Below are positions 45,639-55,051 of a DNA stretch of 64,000 bases, one piece after another. This DNA is from an uncultured archaeon. Its GTDB lineage: Archaea; Iainarchaeota; Iainarchaeia; Iainarchaeales; CAZILS01. The notes beneath the pieces were generated by a model that saw only the letters and a list, made by a program, of their open reading frames with translations, ran no database searches and was not told where the DNA came from. The position numbers were made by a program, and so were the translations under genes. Position 1 is the stretch's first letter. Every line of letters begins with the position of its first letter. The stretch covers positions 605-64,604 of the forward strand of contig CAZILS010000004.1 of the NCBI GenBank assembly GCA_964540145.1. The letters run 5' to 3'.

Positions 45639-46097
45639 TTATCCCGAGCAATATCCGACCAAAGGTTTGTCCCCGCTTTCAAGGACATGGGTTAGGTCCT
45701 GTGTTGAATAGTTTATATCTATATAGTAGCTGAACACACTCCCGGACCGGCAGGCCTTTCCCATCGTGATATCAAGCCTCTTCTTCTCGCCGGGGGCATA
45801 ATTTGTGTCGTTGATAAGTATGGCATTTCCATCGACAATAAACTCCTCAACAGAGATGTTTCTCACAGTGTTGTTCTGCAGTATGAACTCTGTTTCACTT
45901 TCATTAGGCGTTACTTTCCATTCCACAACCGCAAGGGGGTATGCGCTTTCCCAGTATGCCCTGCTTTCTTTCTCGGTTATGCCTGTCGCAACTCCCGGAA
46001 ACCAGCCCATAACCCCGACCACAATAAGCGCTATGATAATGATTATCGCAAGCAGAACGAGATATTCGGTTGCTCCCTGCCCTTTCAATCTTCCCAT
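45639..46097 (-). CDS. Type IV pilin-like protein (class III signal peptide, KGQ|GATEY, Q+1/E+5)
   Basis: MGRLKGQGATEYLVLLAIIIIIALIVVGV; divergent paralog of the two identical pilins upstream. TATA-like TTTAAATA at about 46128. Confidence 0.75.
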   Translation of the reverse strand: MGRLKGQGATEYLVLLAIIIIIALIVVGVMGWFPGVATGITEKESRAYWESAYPLAVVEWKVTPNESETEFILQNNTVRNISVEEFIVDGNAILINDTNYAPGEKKRLDITMGKACRSGSVFSYYIDINYSTQDLTHVLESGDKPLVGYCSG

Positions 46098-46210
46098 ACT
46101 ATCGGGGAGATATAGGCTTTTCAGGTATTTAAATATACCCTAAAGAAAAAAGAAAAAGGTTTCCCCCCGCGCCCTTGCGGAAGGAGGGGGCAACGAAACT
46201 AAACTTTGCC

Positions 46211-46687
46211 TTATGCGCAGTCGCCGACAAGCGGCTTTGCGCCAATCTGCTTCAGCCCCGATATCTTCTGGGTGTCGTAGTTGATATTGACATCAAGGCT
46301 GTATGGCTGTCCCGCGCTGCATGTGAACCCCGTCAGCGCAACCACTGTCTTGGTCTCGCCTGCGGTGAACTCAAGGTTAGCCGAACCTGTATTGAAGTCC
46401 CCGCTGCTGGTGTTTATGTCCTGCAGGGTTATCTTCTTGCTGGTCATGTTCTGTATCGCGAATTCCGCATCAGTTGCTCCTGTAGAGGTAACCTTCCAGT
46501 CCACAATTGCGAACGGATATGTGCCCTCCCAGTAGGCCCTGCTCTGCGCAGCGGTTATCCCGGTGCCAACGCCCGGCATCCAGCCCATGACCCCGACAAC
46601 AACCAATGCAATAACAATGATAACCGCGAGGATTATCAGGTATTCGGTTGCGCCCTGGCCCTTTGAATTGATTTCCATCTTTAGCAT
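46211..46687 (-). CDS. Type IV pilin (major pilin candidate), copy 1 of identical tandem pair
   Basis: MLKMEINSKGQGATEYLIILAVIIVIALVVVGV; 158 aa; identical to 46831..47307. Confidence 0.8.
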   Translation of the reverse strand: MLKMEINSKGQGATEYLIILAVIIVIALVVVGVMGWMPGVGTGITAAQSRAYWEGTYPFAIVDWKVTSTGATDAEFAIQNMTSKKITLQDINTSSGDFNTGSANLEFTAGETKTVVALTGFTCSAGQPYSLDVNINYDTQKISGLKQIGAKPLVGDCA

Positions 46688-46830
46688 CCCTCCTTTGGTT
46701 ATTTAATCTAAAAAGGGTGTTTAAACTACTATATAAAGCTGTTCTTTGAAAGCTGCTTTAAACCGAAAAAGAAAAAGGTTTCCCCCCCGCTCCCTTGCGG
46801 GAGGAGGAGGCAACGAAACTAAACTTTGCC

Positions 46831-47307
46831 TTATGCGCAGTCGCCGACAAGCGGCTTTGCGCCAATCTGCTTCAGCCCCGATATCTTCTGGGTGTCGTAG
46901 TTGATATTGACATCAAGGCTGTATGGCTGTCCCGCGCTGCATGTGAACCCCGTCAGCGCAACCACTGTCTTGGTCTCGCCTGCGGTGAACTCAAGGTTAG
47001 CCGAACCTGTATTGAAGTCCCCGCTGCTGGTGTTTATGTCCTGCAGGGTTATCTTCTTGCTGGTCATGTTCTGTATCGCGAATTCCGCATCAGTTGCTCC
47101 TGTAGAGGTAACCTTCCAGTCCACAATTGCGAACGGATATGTGCCCTCCCAGTAGGCCCTGCTCTGCGCAGCGGTTATCCCGGTGCCAACGCCCGGCATC
47201 CAGCCCATGACCCCGACAACAACCAATGCAATAACAATGATAACCGCGAGGATTATCAGGTATTCGGTTGCGCCCTGGCCCTTTGAATTGATTTCCATCT
47301 TTAGCAT
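46831..47307 (-). CDS. Type IV pilin (major pilin candidate), copy 2
   Basis: Protein identical to copy 1. Confidence 0.8.
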   Translation of the reverse strand: MLKMEINSKGQGATEYLIILAVIIVIALVVVGVMGWMPGVGTGITAAQSRAYWEGTYPFAIVDWKVTSTGATDAEFAIQNMTSKKITLQDINTSSGDFNTGSANLEFTAGETKTVVALTGFTCSAGQPYSLDVNINYDTQKISGLKQIGAKPLVGDCA

Positions 47308-47396
47308 CCCTCCTTTGGTTATTTAATTGGAGTATTGTTGTTTTTCAAGGTATATAAACCTTGTGCATATGGCATTTCTCAATCCCTTTCTCGGCA

Positions 47397-48467
47397 TTAT
47401 ATCACGAAGAATCCTGAAAGGACAACCCTTGCGATGAAGAACATTATTATGGAGGCTATCGCCATTGCGGGGGTGTATTTCACGCCGAGCAACGGCTTTC
47501 CCGTGTTTAGCACCCCCATAAACATGCTCGCAAGTATCGCATTCCCCATGAGCAGGGCATAGGCGATGACATAAACATCCTCCGAGGTTATGGAGAGCTC
47601 GCTTCCCAGAAACCCCACAGAAGTTCCGGCAGTGCCACCCACAACAGGGTTTTGCGCCTGTATCTCCGAAATCATATCAAGGAACTGTATGGAAATCGAG
47701 AGCAACATCGGCGCCCCAATAACGACGACAAACGCGACAAACATCACATACATCCTTGTGCTCGAGTACAGCTCCTCTTTCATCTCCTGGGTTTGCCTCA
47801 AATCAAAGGCAGTTGTTTCGAGAAGCTTGGAAAGTTTCCCCCCTGAACGCATAGCCTGCGAGAAGAACCATATGGTCTCTTTCAGCACCCGTGAGTTCAG
47901 CCTGTTCGACAGTTCCTTAAGCGCCTGGCTGAATGACTGCGTTCCCAATGATTTCGAGGTCGCGATTTTTATCTCTTCGCTAAGGGGGCCGAACTCCTTC
48001 CTTGCGGCGTTCCTGAATGCCGAGAAAGGGGTCATTCCCGCATTGATGTGGCTCGCAACCAAAAGGAGAAAATCCGGGAGTATCTCCTCGACAAACCGTG
48101 TCCTGCCCTCAATCATGTAGTAGAGGTGTAGATAAACCGCACCAAGCACAATTGCCATGAAAACAGGGGCCATCACAACCGAGAACAAGGCGGGCATAAC
48201 AAGGGGCTGCAGGGAGACTATGCCGAGGGGGTCCAGCGAGATTATGTCAGCCAGCCCGAAAGGAAGCAGCCCAAAATATTTCGGCAGCGTCCAGGGAATA
48301 AGGAATCCTATAACCCCGAAAAGCAGGGCAAGCAGCATCTTTTTCCCTACCCAAAAATCATAGTCCTCGGAAATCCCCCCGAAGCGGAGCTGCCTGTAAA
48401 TAAAATCCTTTCTCCCCCCCTCCGCAAGGGCCTTCTCCGCTATGCTCTTGCTTATTCTTTCGTACAT
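47397..48467 (-). CDS. FlaJ/TadC-like pilus assembly membrane protein (T2SS-F domain)
   Basis: 356-aa polytopic protein with a T2SSF-type cytoplasmic domain. Confidence 0.7.
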   Translation of the reverse strand: MYERISKSIAEKALAEGGRKDFIYRQLRFGGISEDYDFWVGKKMLLALLFGVIGFLIPWTLPKYFGLLPFGLADIISLDPLGIVSLQPLVMPALFSVVMAPVFMAIVLGAVYLHLYYMIEGRTRFVEEILPDFLLLVASHINAGMTPFSAFRNAARKEFGPLSEEIKIATSKSLGTQSFSQALKELSNRLNSRVLKETIWFFSQAMRSGGKLSKLLETTAFDLRQTQEMKEELYSSTRMYVMFVAFVVVIGAPMLLSISIQFLDMISEIQAQNPVVGGTAGTSVGFLGSELSITSEDVYVIAYALLMGNAILASMFMGVLNTGKPLLGVKYTPAMAIASIIMFFIARVVLSGFFVI

Positions 48468-49354
48468 CAGAACATCACCATCGGAATCCTGTTTTTAATG
48501 AAGCCTATAAGCACAACCTGTATCGCGAATGCCGCAAACACGACAAACCATAGCTGGAGAGGGTCTATGCTTGCGCCGCCTATCGCGGAAAGTATAATCA
48601 TGAAGGTTATCCCTATTGTGGGCACAGCCGCGGCAAGGAGAAGGTAAATGAGTATCCAGAGGTTAAGCTCCGCGGCATAGTTCTTGATTGCCCTTAGCTG
48701 GTAGTTTGTGAGGCTCGTGACAGATGCGTTGAGCGCCCCAACCAGAGAGGCCCCGCTCCTCAACGAGGTTATCAACTGCCAGGTTATTTTCTTGAGGTGC
48801 TCGGACCTTGTCCTTATCGCAAGCTTTTCCATTGCCTTCGTTTCGGACTCGCCCGCGGAAACCTCCTTGACAACCTCCTCGAACTCCTCGGACATCTTCC
48901 CGTACTTTGCCTTCGCAACATTCGAGAGCGCATCGAAAAGGCTTATCCCGGAGGTTATCTGTATCAGTATGCTCTTCAGCGCAAACAGCAGGCTCTTGTC
49001 AATCTTTTCGGCAATCTGCTTTGCCATTACCCCTGGGTAAATCACGTGCAGCATAAAGAACATCAGGCCCCCGAGAACGCCCCCGAGCGCGGCGGATGCG
49101 TAATGCGAGTTTTCAATAGCCCCCGCCCTCGCAAAGAGCAGCGCAAACACAAACCCGAAGAAAAGCAAGCCGTAAACAACCGCGGAAAATACAGATGCGG
49201 TAAGATACCTCGGCGCATCGATATCAAGCTCGGCTTTCTGCAGGTCGTACTTCGTGGAAAAGAGAAGCCTCGAAAGCCTTTCCCCAATCCAGAGAAAGCG
49301 CCTGTTTATCCTATTTGCCTTTTCAATGGAAAACAGCATGAACCGTACTCTCAC
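48467..49354 (-). CDS. TadB/FlaJ-like pilus assembly membrane protein (second T2SS-F domain protein)
   Basis: 295 aa with a T2SSF-like pattern; stop/start shared with the downstream gene. Confidence 0.65.
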   Translation of the reverse strand: MRVRFMLFSIEKANRINRRFLWIGERLSRLLFSTKYDLQKAELDIDAPRYLTASVFSAVVYGLLFFGFVFALLFARAGAIENSHYASAALGGVLGGLMFFMLHVIYPGVMAKQIAEKIDKSLLFALKSILIQITSGISLFDALSNVAKAKYGKMSEEFEEVVKEVSAGESETKAMEKLAIRTRSEHLKKITWQLITSLRSGASLVGALNASVTSLTNYQLRAIKNYAAELNLWILIYLLLAAAVPTIGITFMIILSAIGGASIDPLQLWFVVFAAFAIQVVLIGFIKNRIPMVMF

Positions 49355-49357
49355 CAG

Positions 49358-51229
49358 CTACAACTCCACGACCTTCTCATAAGGCAGGTCCTTCTTTGCC
49401 GCATTCTTGATGGCATCAGGCCTTGCATAAAACTCCTTCATAACCATGCCGACCTGGTCCATATCGTTGATGTTCTTTCTAAGCATCCACTGCAGTATCT
49501 TTGCCCTGTCCGCAAGCTCCGCATCTATCTCCTTCTCGGTCATTCCCGTAACAATGTTTATCTGCCTCACGAACTTGCTTGCCGGATTCAGGGTTTCCCA
49601 GCTATCGCTTCTAGGGTCCCAGCGGTATATGGTATTTACATTAAGCTGCTCGTTGCTTATCCCTGCCTCAATCTCTGCCATCTCATAGGTTCTCCTTATG
49701 TTGAGCCTTCTGTCCCTGAACTGGACAAGGAGCAAATCGACAGCCTCGACCTCCAAAGGCGGAATCTCTATCGGGGGCTCGGTAAGCCTTCTCAGCACCT
49801 GCTCCGCAGAGTTTGCGTGGATTGTCGAGTAGACGCTATGCCCGGTATGCATCGCCTCAAACAGCACCTCGGCCTCCCTTTTTCTCCTCATCTCCCCCAA
49901 AATTATCCTGTCGGGCCTCATCCTCAAGGCAGTCTGCATAAGGTCAAGCATTGTCACTTCCCCCAAACCTTCAGGGTTGGGGTTTTTAGTGGTGGTAGGC
50001 ACCCAGTTCCATCTCATATATTGCGGCAGCATAATTTCCCTGACATCCTCTATCGAGATTATCCTGTGGTATGAAGGAATAAATGCGCTGAGCGCATTAA
50101 GCGTTGAGGTTTTTCCGCTTGCTGTTCCCCCCGCAACAATGACATTAAGCTCGTACTGTATCGCAATCCACAGCATCGCGGCCATTTCAACACTCATCGA
50201 GTGGCTCTTGCCTATGAAATCAACAACTGTCCAGGGTCTCCTCGCAAACCGCCTTATTGTAAGCGTGTTTCCCAAAGATGAAACAGGGGAGAGTGTTGCG
50301 TTTACCCTGTCCCCACTTATCAAGTGCGCATCCAAAATCGGCGAGAGCGCGGTAATTTCCCTCCCCACTTTCCTCCCTATCTGCGAGGAATAATTCGCTA
50401 TCGCTTCCTCGCTTTCCATGCCCAGATTTGACTTCATCCACCCAAATTTCTTGTGGTAAACCGTTATTGGGGAAGAAGCAGAGTTTATCGCAACCTCCTC
50501 CAGGCCATTGTCCCCCATGAGCAGTTCAAGGTCCCCCAGGCCATACATTTCATGCAGGAGCCTCCCCGAAAGCAGATTGAGCATTGAGGGGTCCATTTCT
50601 GCGAGATATGCCTTCAGCTCCGCCTTCGCAACATCAAAGAATCTCTTTTTGAGTTCAATGCTTCTCTTAACATCGGTAATTTCGGAAACCTCTATGGGGA
50701 TTTTCTCCGCAATTTCGTCCCTCATCGAATCCAGGAAAAGCCAGGTATAGGGCCCTATGAAAGGGACCTGCACCTCGTACATAGGCCTGTGTTCAGTTGC
50801 AGCATCAACAACCCTGATTTTCACGGGGACATAATCAACGATAAATTCGTACTCGTCCAGGGGGTTCCCCCCGATTTTCGGGGGGAATTCCTTGTGGAAC
50901 TCTTTGATAAACTTTATGCTTGGCTTTCTCGCAATCATTGCGGGATATGCGACATCAACAAGCCCCTGCTTCTCGAAAACCAGGCCGACTTTTTCGACGG
51001 AATTCTGGCTCCAGTTAAGCTCCTTGGCAAGCCCGGAAATCGAAATTTCCTTTTTCTCCCTAAGGAGGTCCATCATCCTGTCTATGTTCGTTGCTTTCAG
51101 GGAAACTTTCGCACCTTTAATCTCGCTTGCCTTCTTCCCCTTTTCGGGGACTATGTCGTCAAGTGCAATTCCCTTCTTTTTTCCTGCTTCTGTTTTCTTT
51201 TCGCCCTTGGCCATATCGCACCGCTCCAT
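49358..51229 (-). CDS. Type II/IV secretion system ATPase (FlaI/TadA/VirB11 family), pilus assembly ATPase
   Basis: Walker A GGTASGKTSTLNAL plus Asp and His boxes; 623 aa with an N-terminal extension. Confidence 0.9.
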   Translation of the reverse strand: MERCDMAKGEKKTEAGKKKGIALDDIVPEKGKKASEIKGAKVSLKATNIDRMMDLLREKKEISISGLAKELNWSQNSVEKVGLVFEKQGLVDVAYPAMIARKPSIKFIKEFHKEFPPKIGGNPLDEYEFIVDYVPVKIRVVDAATEHRPMYEVQVPFIGPYTWLFLDSMRDEIAEKIPIEVSEITDVKRSIELKKRFFDVAKAELKAYLAEMDPSMLNLLSGRLLHEMYGLGDLELLMGDNGLEEVAINSASSPITVYHKKFGWMKSNLGMESEEAIANYSSQIGRKVGREITALSPILDAHLISGDRVNATLSPVSSLGNTLTIRRFARRPWTVVDFIGKSHSMSVEMAAMLWIAIQYELNVIVAGGTASGKTSTLNALSAFIPSYHRIISIEDVREIMLPQYMRWNWVPTTTKNPNPEGLGEVTMLDLMQTALRMRPDRIILGEMRRKREAEVLFEAMHTGHSVYSTIHANSAEQVLRRLTEPPIEIPPLEVEAVDLLLVQFRDRRLNIRRTYEMAEIEAGISNEQLNVNTIYRWDPRSDSWETLNPASKFVRQINIVTGMTEKEIDAELADRAKILQWMLRKNINDMDQVGMVMKEFYARPDAIKNAAKKDLPYEKVVEL

Positions 51230-51291
51230 CTCTGCCTTTGCTTACTTAATATTTCTTTACATTAATAAAGTTATTCGCATCTGCGAATTTC

Positions 51292-52152
51292 CTATCCCCT
51301 GCACAATTCCGGTTTCCTCCCCACATTTACGTCGTTTCCAAGAACATTGAGGTCTGCATTGTAGTAGCACACCAAATCCCCGCTTTCCGCGGGGAGGAGC
51401 GCTTTTATTGTTATAGCCGCAACAGTGTCCTCATCTGCCAATGATTCCCTTATCAGTATTGAGCGCCCATCGGCCCCTATCTGCCCCACATGTATTGCCA
51501 CATAGTTGCTCCCGTCTCCCGAGAAATTGAGGTCGTATCGGTTGAGCAGCGAGGAATCCAGCTTTCCGGACTGCGTTACGGAATTGCCGTCGTTATCCCT
51601 GAAATCTATGTTCACATTTATGTCCCCGCCGGAATCCCATGCCCATGCGCCGGTCGAGAAGAATGTATCGTTCACCGAAACGTTTATGTCGTAAGCAAGG
51701 ACCCCGCTGCCGTCGCCATGGTCGCCGAACTGCACATAGTTGACTATGCCGTAATTATAGTCGTACTGCAGGCCGTTGTTGAACTTCAGTTCGGTTAATC
51801 CGTCTGTCAGCTGAAGCAAATCAAGGATTACCGTTGTGTTTTGTTTCTCATCGTACTCTGTCTCGATAAAAGTCTCAAAACCGGAGAGTTTTTCCTTGGC
51901 TATTCCGGAGGGCAGCGAGTCGGTGATTTCGATGGTTGTGTAGCTTGAGCCCCTGTTCACATCTACCTCTGTGCCGAGCAAATCGTTCAGCGTATCCTCG
52001 ACATCCTCCACAATAGCCCCCGCCTTTATGACGGCATAGCTCCTTTTCAGGTCGATTTCCCTGTCGTGTACATTGCCTGCATAGAACGCCGAGTAAAGCA
52101 GGAGCGCCGAAAACAGGAACAGTGCGGATATCGCAAAGACAAAGCCCCTCAT
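51292..52152 (-). CDS. Pilus-associated secreted protein with N-terminal hydrophobic anchor (minor pilin-like)
   Basis: MRGFVFAISALFLFSALLLYS, then a D/N/G-rich beta-type domain. Confidence 0.5.
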   Translation of the reverse strand: MRGFVFAISALFLFSALLLYSAFYAGNVHDREIDLKRSYAVIKAGAIVEDVEDTLNDLLGTEVDVNRGSSYTTIEITDSLPSGIAKEKLSGFETFIETEYDEKQNTTVILDLLQLTDGLTELKFNNGLQYDYNYGIVNYVQFGDHGDGSGVLAYDINVSVNDTFFSTGAWAWDSGGDINVNIDFRDNDGNSVTQSGKLDSSLLNRYDLNFSGDGSNYVAIHVGQIGADGRSILIRESLADEDTVAAITIKALLPAESGDLVCYYNADLNVLGNDVNVGRKPELCRG

Positions 52153-52156
52153 GGTT

Positions 52157-52579
52157 TCACTTCCTGTGCCATACGTTCATCTCCGCCACACATATGTTTG
52201 CGTCGTCGTTATTCACTATGAAAACCCTCTTCGAGCTTGTGTACTCTGTGAAGTCCTTCCTGCACAGGGGTCTCCTCACGACAAAGTCGGCGTTGTTCAG
52301 GTCCTCGGTAGGATAGACCTTCACTTCCGCACAGTATGCCTGCGGAAGCTGGTTGAGGTACTTCCTTATCCTGTTCACCCTGTCGTTCTGCACTGCGTAC
52401 TCCAGCTCGCCGCTCTTCTCGAGGACGGCAATCGCGTCATCTCCGAACTCCCTCAGCTGCAGCTGCCTGTGGCCTTCGAATTTTATTCCGGCAATGTATG
52501 CGGTTGCGGTAAGCAGCATGAAGAATATTATAAATGCGGCAATTAGGGCATCGAAACTGAAGATTATCCCGCGTTTCAT
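52157..52579 (-). CDS. Minor pilin-like protein (class III signal peptide)
   Basis: MKRGIIFSFDALIAAFIIFFMLL. Confidence 0.55.
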   Translation of the reverse strand: MKRGIIFSFDALIAAFIIFFMLLTATAYIAGIKFEGHRQLQLREFGDDAIAVLEKSGELEYAVQNDRVNRIRKYLNQLPQAYCAEVKVYPTEDLNNADFVVRRPLCRKDFTEYTSSKRVFIVNNDDANICVAEMNVWHRK

Positions 52580-53082
52580 TCGCTCACCCCCACCCTCACC
52601 ACAACGCTGCTGCCGTTGTAGTACGCAGGTCTTGCGACAGTAACGACCGTTGCGTTCCCGTCCCCGTCGGTGCCGAACTTCGCAGCCTGCTGCCCCCCCT
52701 GAAGGTAATTTATCGTGATTCCCACATTGTATCTCCCCGCCCCGAAAAGCCCCTTTGCGTCGGAATAGCTTGAATTCAGGTCCACGAGCCTCGCCAGCTT
52801 GTCCCCGTCGATAACCGACCTTTCCTGTACAAGCCCTATCGAGTTGATGTCGTCGATGCTCGCCAGGTATTCCCAGTTGGCCGGGGACCCTTTACTGTAG
52901 AGCAGCTGGTTGCTTGCCCTAAGTGCCGCTTCTTTCATATCATAGTCCTTCTCTGCATTGTTGAGGCTGTTCTGGAGCGCAGTCGCATAGACTATGCTCA
53001 CCGTGACAAGCCCGACAAATACCGTGAAGGCGACGACCGCATCGGTGCTGAACATTTGCCCCTTACTATTCAACGCCCTCAA
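52576..53082 (-). CDS. Minor pilin-like protein (SKGQ|MFSTDAVVAF)
   Basis: Class III signal with Q+1. Confidence 0.6.
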   Translation of the reverse strand: MRALNSKGQMFSTDAVVAFTVFVGLVTVSIVYATALQNSLNNAEKDYDMKEAALRASNQLLYSKGSPANWEYLASIDDINSIGLVQERSVIDGDKLARLVDLNSSYSDAKGLFGAGRYNVGITINYLQGGQQAAKFGTDGDGNATVVTVARPAYYNGSSVVVRVGVSE

Positions 53083-55042
53083 CCCTTACTTTTTCCCCTA
53101 AATTGGTGGCCTTGAAAATCCTCGGGTTTTCGAGGAGTTCCCATATGCACCCCCCCTGTAACTGGCACTCCGCCTGGAGTATGAGCCCTATGCAGCTTGT
53201 GCAGCTCCCCTGGCAGTCGGGCGGTGTCCATGAACAACCGTCCTGCCCCCCGCAACTCCCCTCGGTGCCGAAGGTCCCGCATCCTGTACAGCCCCCGTAA
53301 CAGTCCGCCAAGTCCCAAGAACATCCGTCCTGCCCCTCGCACGTGCCCTGTGCACCATATGTATCGCATGCGGTACAGCCCCCGTAACAGTCCGCCAAGT
53401 CCCAAGAACATCCGTCCTGCCCCTCGCACGTGCCTTGGCTACCGTAGCTTGTGCATCCTGTGCATGTGCCGTTGCAGTCCTCATCCCAGCCACACCCGTC
53501 CTGCCCCTCGCACGTGCCTTGGCTTCCGTAGGTGCTGCAGGCAGTGGGCGAGCCTGCACACTCATCAGGGTTCCACAGGCACCCGTCCTGCCCCTCACAC
53601 GTGCCCTGTGCACCATATGTATCGCATGCGGTACAGCCCCCGTAACAGTCCGCCAAGTCCCAAGAACATCCGTCCTGCCCCTCACACGTGCCCTGTGCAC
53701 CATATGTATCGCATGCGGTACAGCCCCCGTAACAGTCCGCCAAGTCCCAAGAACATCCGTCCTGCCCCTCGCACGTGCCCTGTGCACCATATGTATCACA
53801 GCCTGTTTCCGTGCCGTAGCAGTTCTCGGGATCCCAGGTGCATCCCGAGTCCTCGCATTCCCCCTGCCCCCCGTCATGTGCCGAGCAGGCGTGCGGTTCC
53901 CCCGAACACCACCATATAATGAACCATGTTGCTGTACAGCCGTGCGCTTCGCATGTTGCCTGGTCGCCTATATATGTTGTGCAGGGGTCATGCGTGCCCT
54001 CGCAGTTCGCAAGGTCCCAAGAACACTCGTCCTGCCCCTCGCAGTTCCCCTGTGCACCATATGTATCACAGGTTGTTGCCGTGCCCTCGCAGTTCGCAAG
54101 GTCCCAAGAACACTCGTCCTGCCCCTCGCACGTGCCTTGCGCACCATATGTATCGCATGCGGTACAGCTCCCATAGCAGTCCTCCTCATCCCATGCACAC
54201 CCCCCCTGCCCCTCGCAGTTCCCCTGCGCACCGTAAGTCGTGCAGTCCGTGCATGCTCCTGCGCAGTCCTCCTCATCCCATGCACACCCCCCCTGCCCCT
54301 CGCAGTTAGGCTGGCTTGCGTAGTTGTTGCAGTCGTTACAGCTCCCATAGCAGTCCTCCTCATCCCATGCACACCCCCCCTGCCCCTCGCAGTTCCCCTG
54401 CGCACCGTAAGTCGTGCAGTCCGTGCATGCTCCTGCGCAGTCCTCCTCATCCCATGCACACCCCCCCTGCCCCTCGCAGTTAGGCTGGCTTGCGTAGTTG
54501 TTGCAGTCGTTACAGCTCCCATAGCAGTCCTCCTCATCCCATGCACACCCCCCCTGCCCCTCGCACGTGCCCTGCGCACCGTAGGCATCACAGGCGGTAC
54601 AGCTACCTGCGCACCCGCCTCCTCCCCATAAACATCCCGACTGGGCATTGCAGTCGATTTCCGTGCCGAATGAGCCGCATTCTGTGCAGCTCCCTTGGCA
54701 GGTCGTGCTGTCGATGAGCTCGGCGTTCTTTGTCAGCAACGGCATGTCAAGGAAATTGCCCCTCCATGAAACTTCGACAGTATTGTCGGCTATATCGACG
54801 TTATAGTCCTCGCCGAGCCTCCCGACATTTATGGTTGCCTCCGCCCCCGTCCCTCCCAGCCAGACATTGTTTATCCCCCTTGCAACCTCTGACGCGATTT
54901 CCTTCGCCTCCAGGACCTCTCTCGCATAGATATAACCTTCCGTCCTCTCCCCGTATGTGAAGACCGCGAACGACAGCACTATGAAAAGCGCCACCACCAC
55001 AACAATGAACTCCATGCTCGCCTGCCCTTTTTTCCCACCCAT
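53066..55042 (-). CDS. Pilin-like protein with about 17 tandem cysteine-rich repeats (consensus roughly C-T-A-C-D-T-Y-G-A-Q-G-T-C-E-G-Q-D-G-C-S-W-D-L-A-D-C-Y-G-G)
   Basis: Class III signal peptide MGGKKGQ|ASMEFIVVVVALF, then a roughly 550-aa repeat array with 5 Cys per roughly 29 aa (about 90 Cys in total). The underlying DNA is near-identical 87/174-bp repeats, and that DNA repetition is why both strands throw up many ORFs here. Confidence 0.8.
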   Translation of the reverse strand: MGGKKGQASMEFIVVVVALFIVLSFAVFTYGERTEGYIYAREVLEAKEIASEVARGINNVWLGGTGAEATINVGRLGEDYNVDIADNTVEVSWRGNFLDMPLLTKNAELIDSTTCQGSCTECGSFGTEIDCNAQSGCLWGGGGCAGSCTACDAYGAQGTCEGQGGCAWDEEDCYGSCNDCNNYASQPNCEGQGGCAWDEEDCAGACTDCTTYGAQGNCEGQGGCAWDEEDCYGSCNDCNNYASQPNCEGQGGCAWDEEDCAGACTDCTTYGAQGNCEGQGGCAWDEEDCYGSCTACDTYGAQGTCEGQDECSWDLANCEGTATTCDTYGAQGNCEGQDECSWDLANCEGTHDPCTTYIGDQATCEAHGCTATWFIIWWCSGEPHACSAHDGGQGECEDSGCTWDPENCYGTETGCDTYGAQGTCEGQDGCSWDLADCYGGCTACDTYGAQGTCEGQDGCSWDLADCYGGCTACDTYGAQGTCEGQDGCLWNPDECAGSPTACSTYGSQGTCEGQDGCGWDEDCNGTCTGCTSYGSQGTCEGQDGCSWDLADCYGGCTACDTYGAQGTCEGQDGCSWDLADCYGGCTGCGTFGTEGSCGGQDGCSWTPPDCQGSCTSCIGLILQAECQLQGGCIWELLENPRIFKATNLGEKVRVEGVE

Positions 55043-55051
55043 AAAAAACCA

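Larger units (their letters stand above)
46191..47327. repeat. Tandem duplication, 620-bp period (46191..46707 = 46811..47327 exact; flanks about 90% similar)
   Basis: Direct comparison of the two stretches, including promoter regions. Confidence 0.9.

Noticed and set aside
53079-54717. Multiple long ORFs on both strands (for example 53188..53877, 53197..53919, 53435..54631, 53968..54648)
   Set aside because: All overlap the Cys-rich repeat gene. They arise because the GC-rich tandem DNA repeats are open in several frames, and their products are Arg/Pro/Ala-rich. Only the frame with a class III signal peptide and coherent Cys modules is kept.
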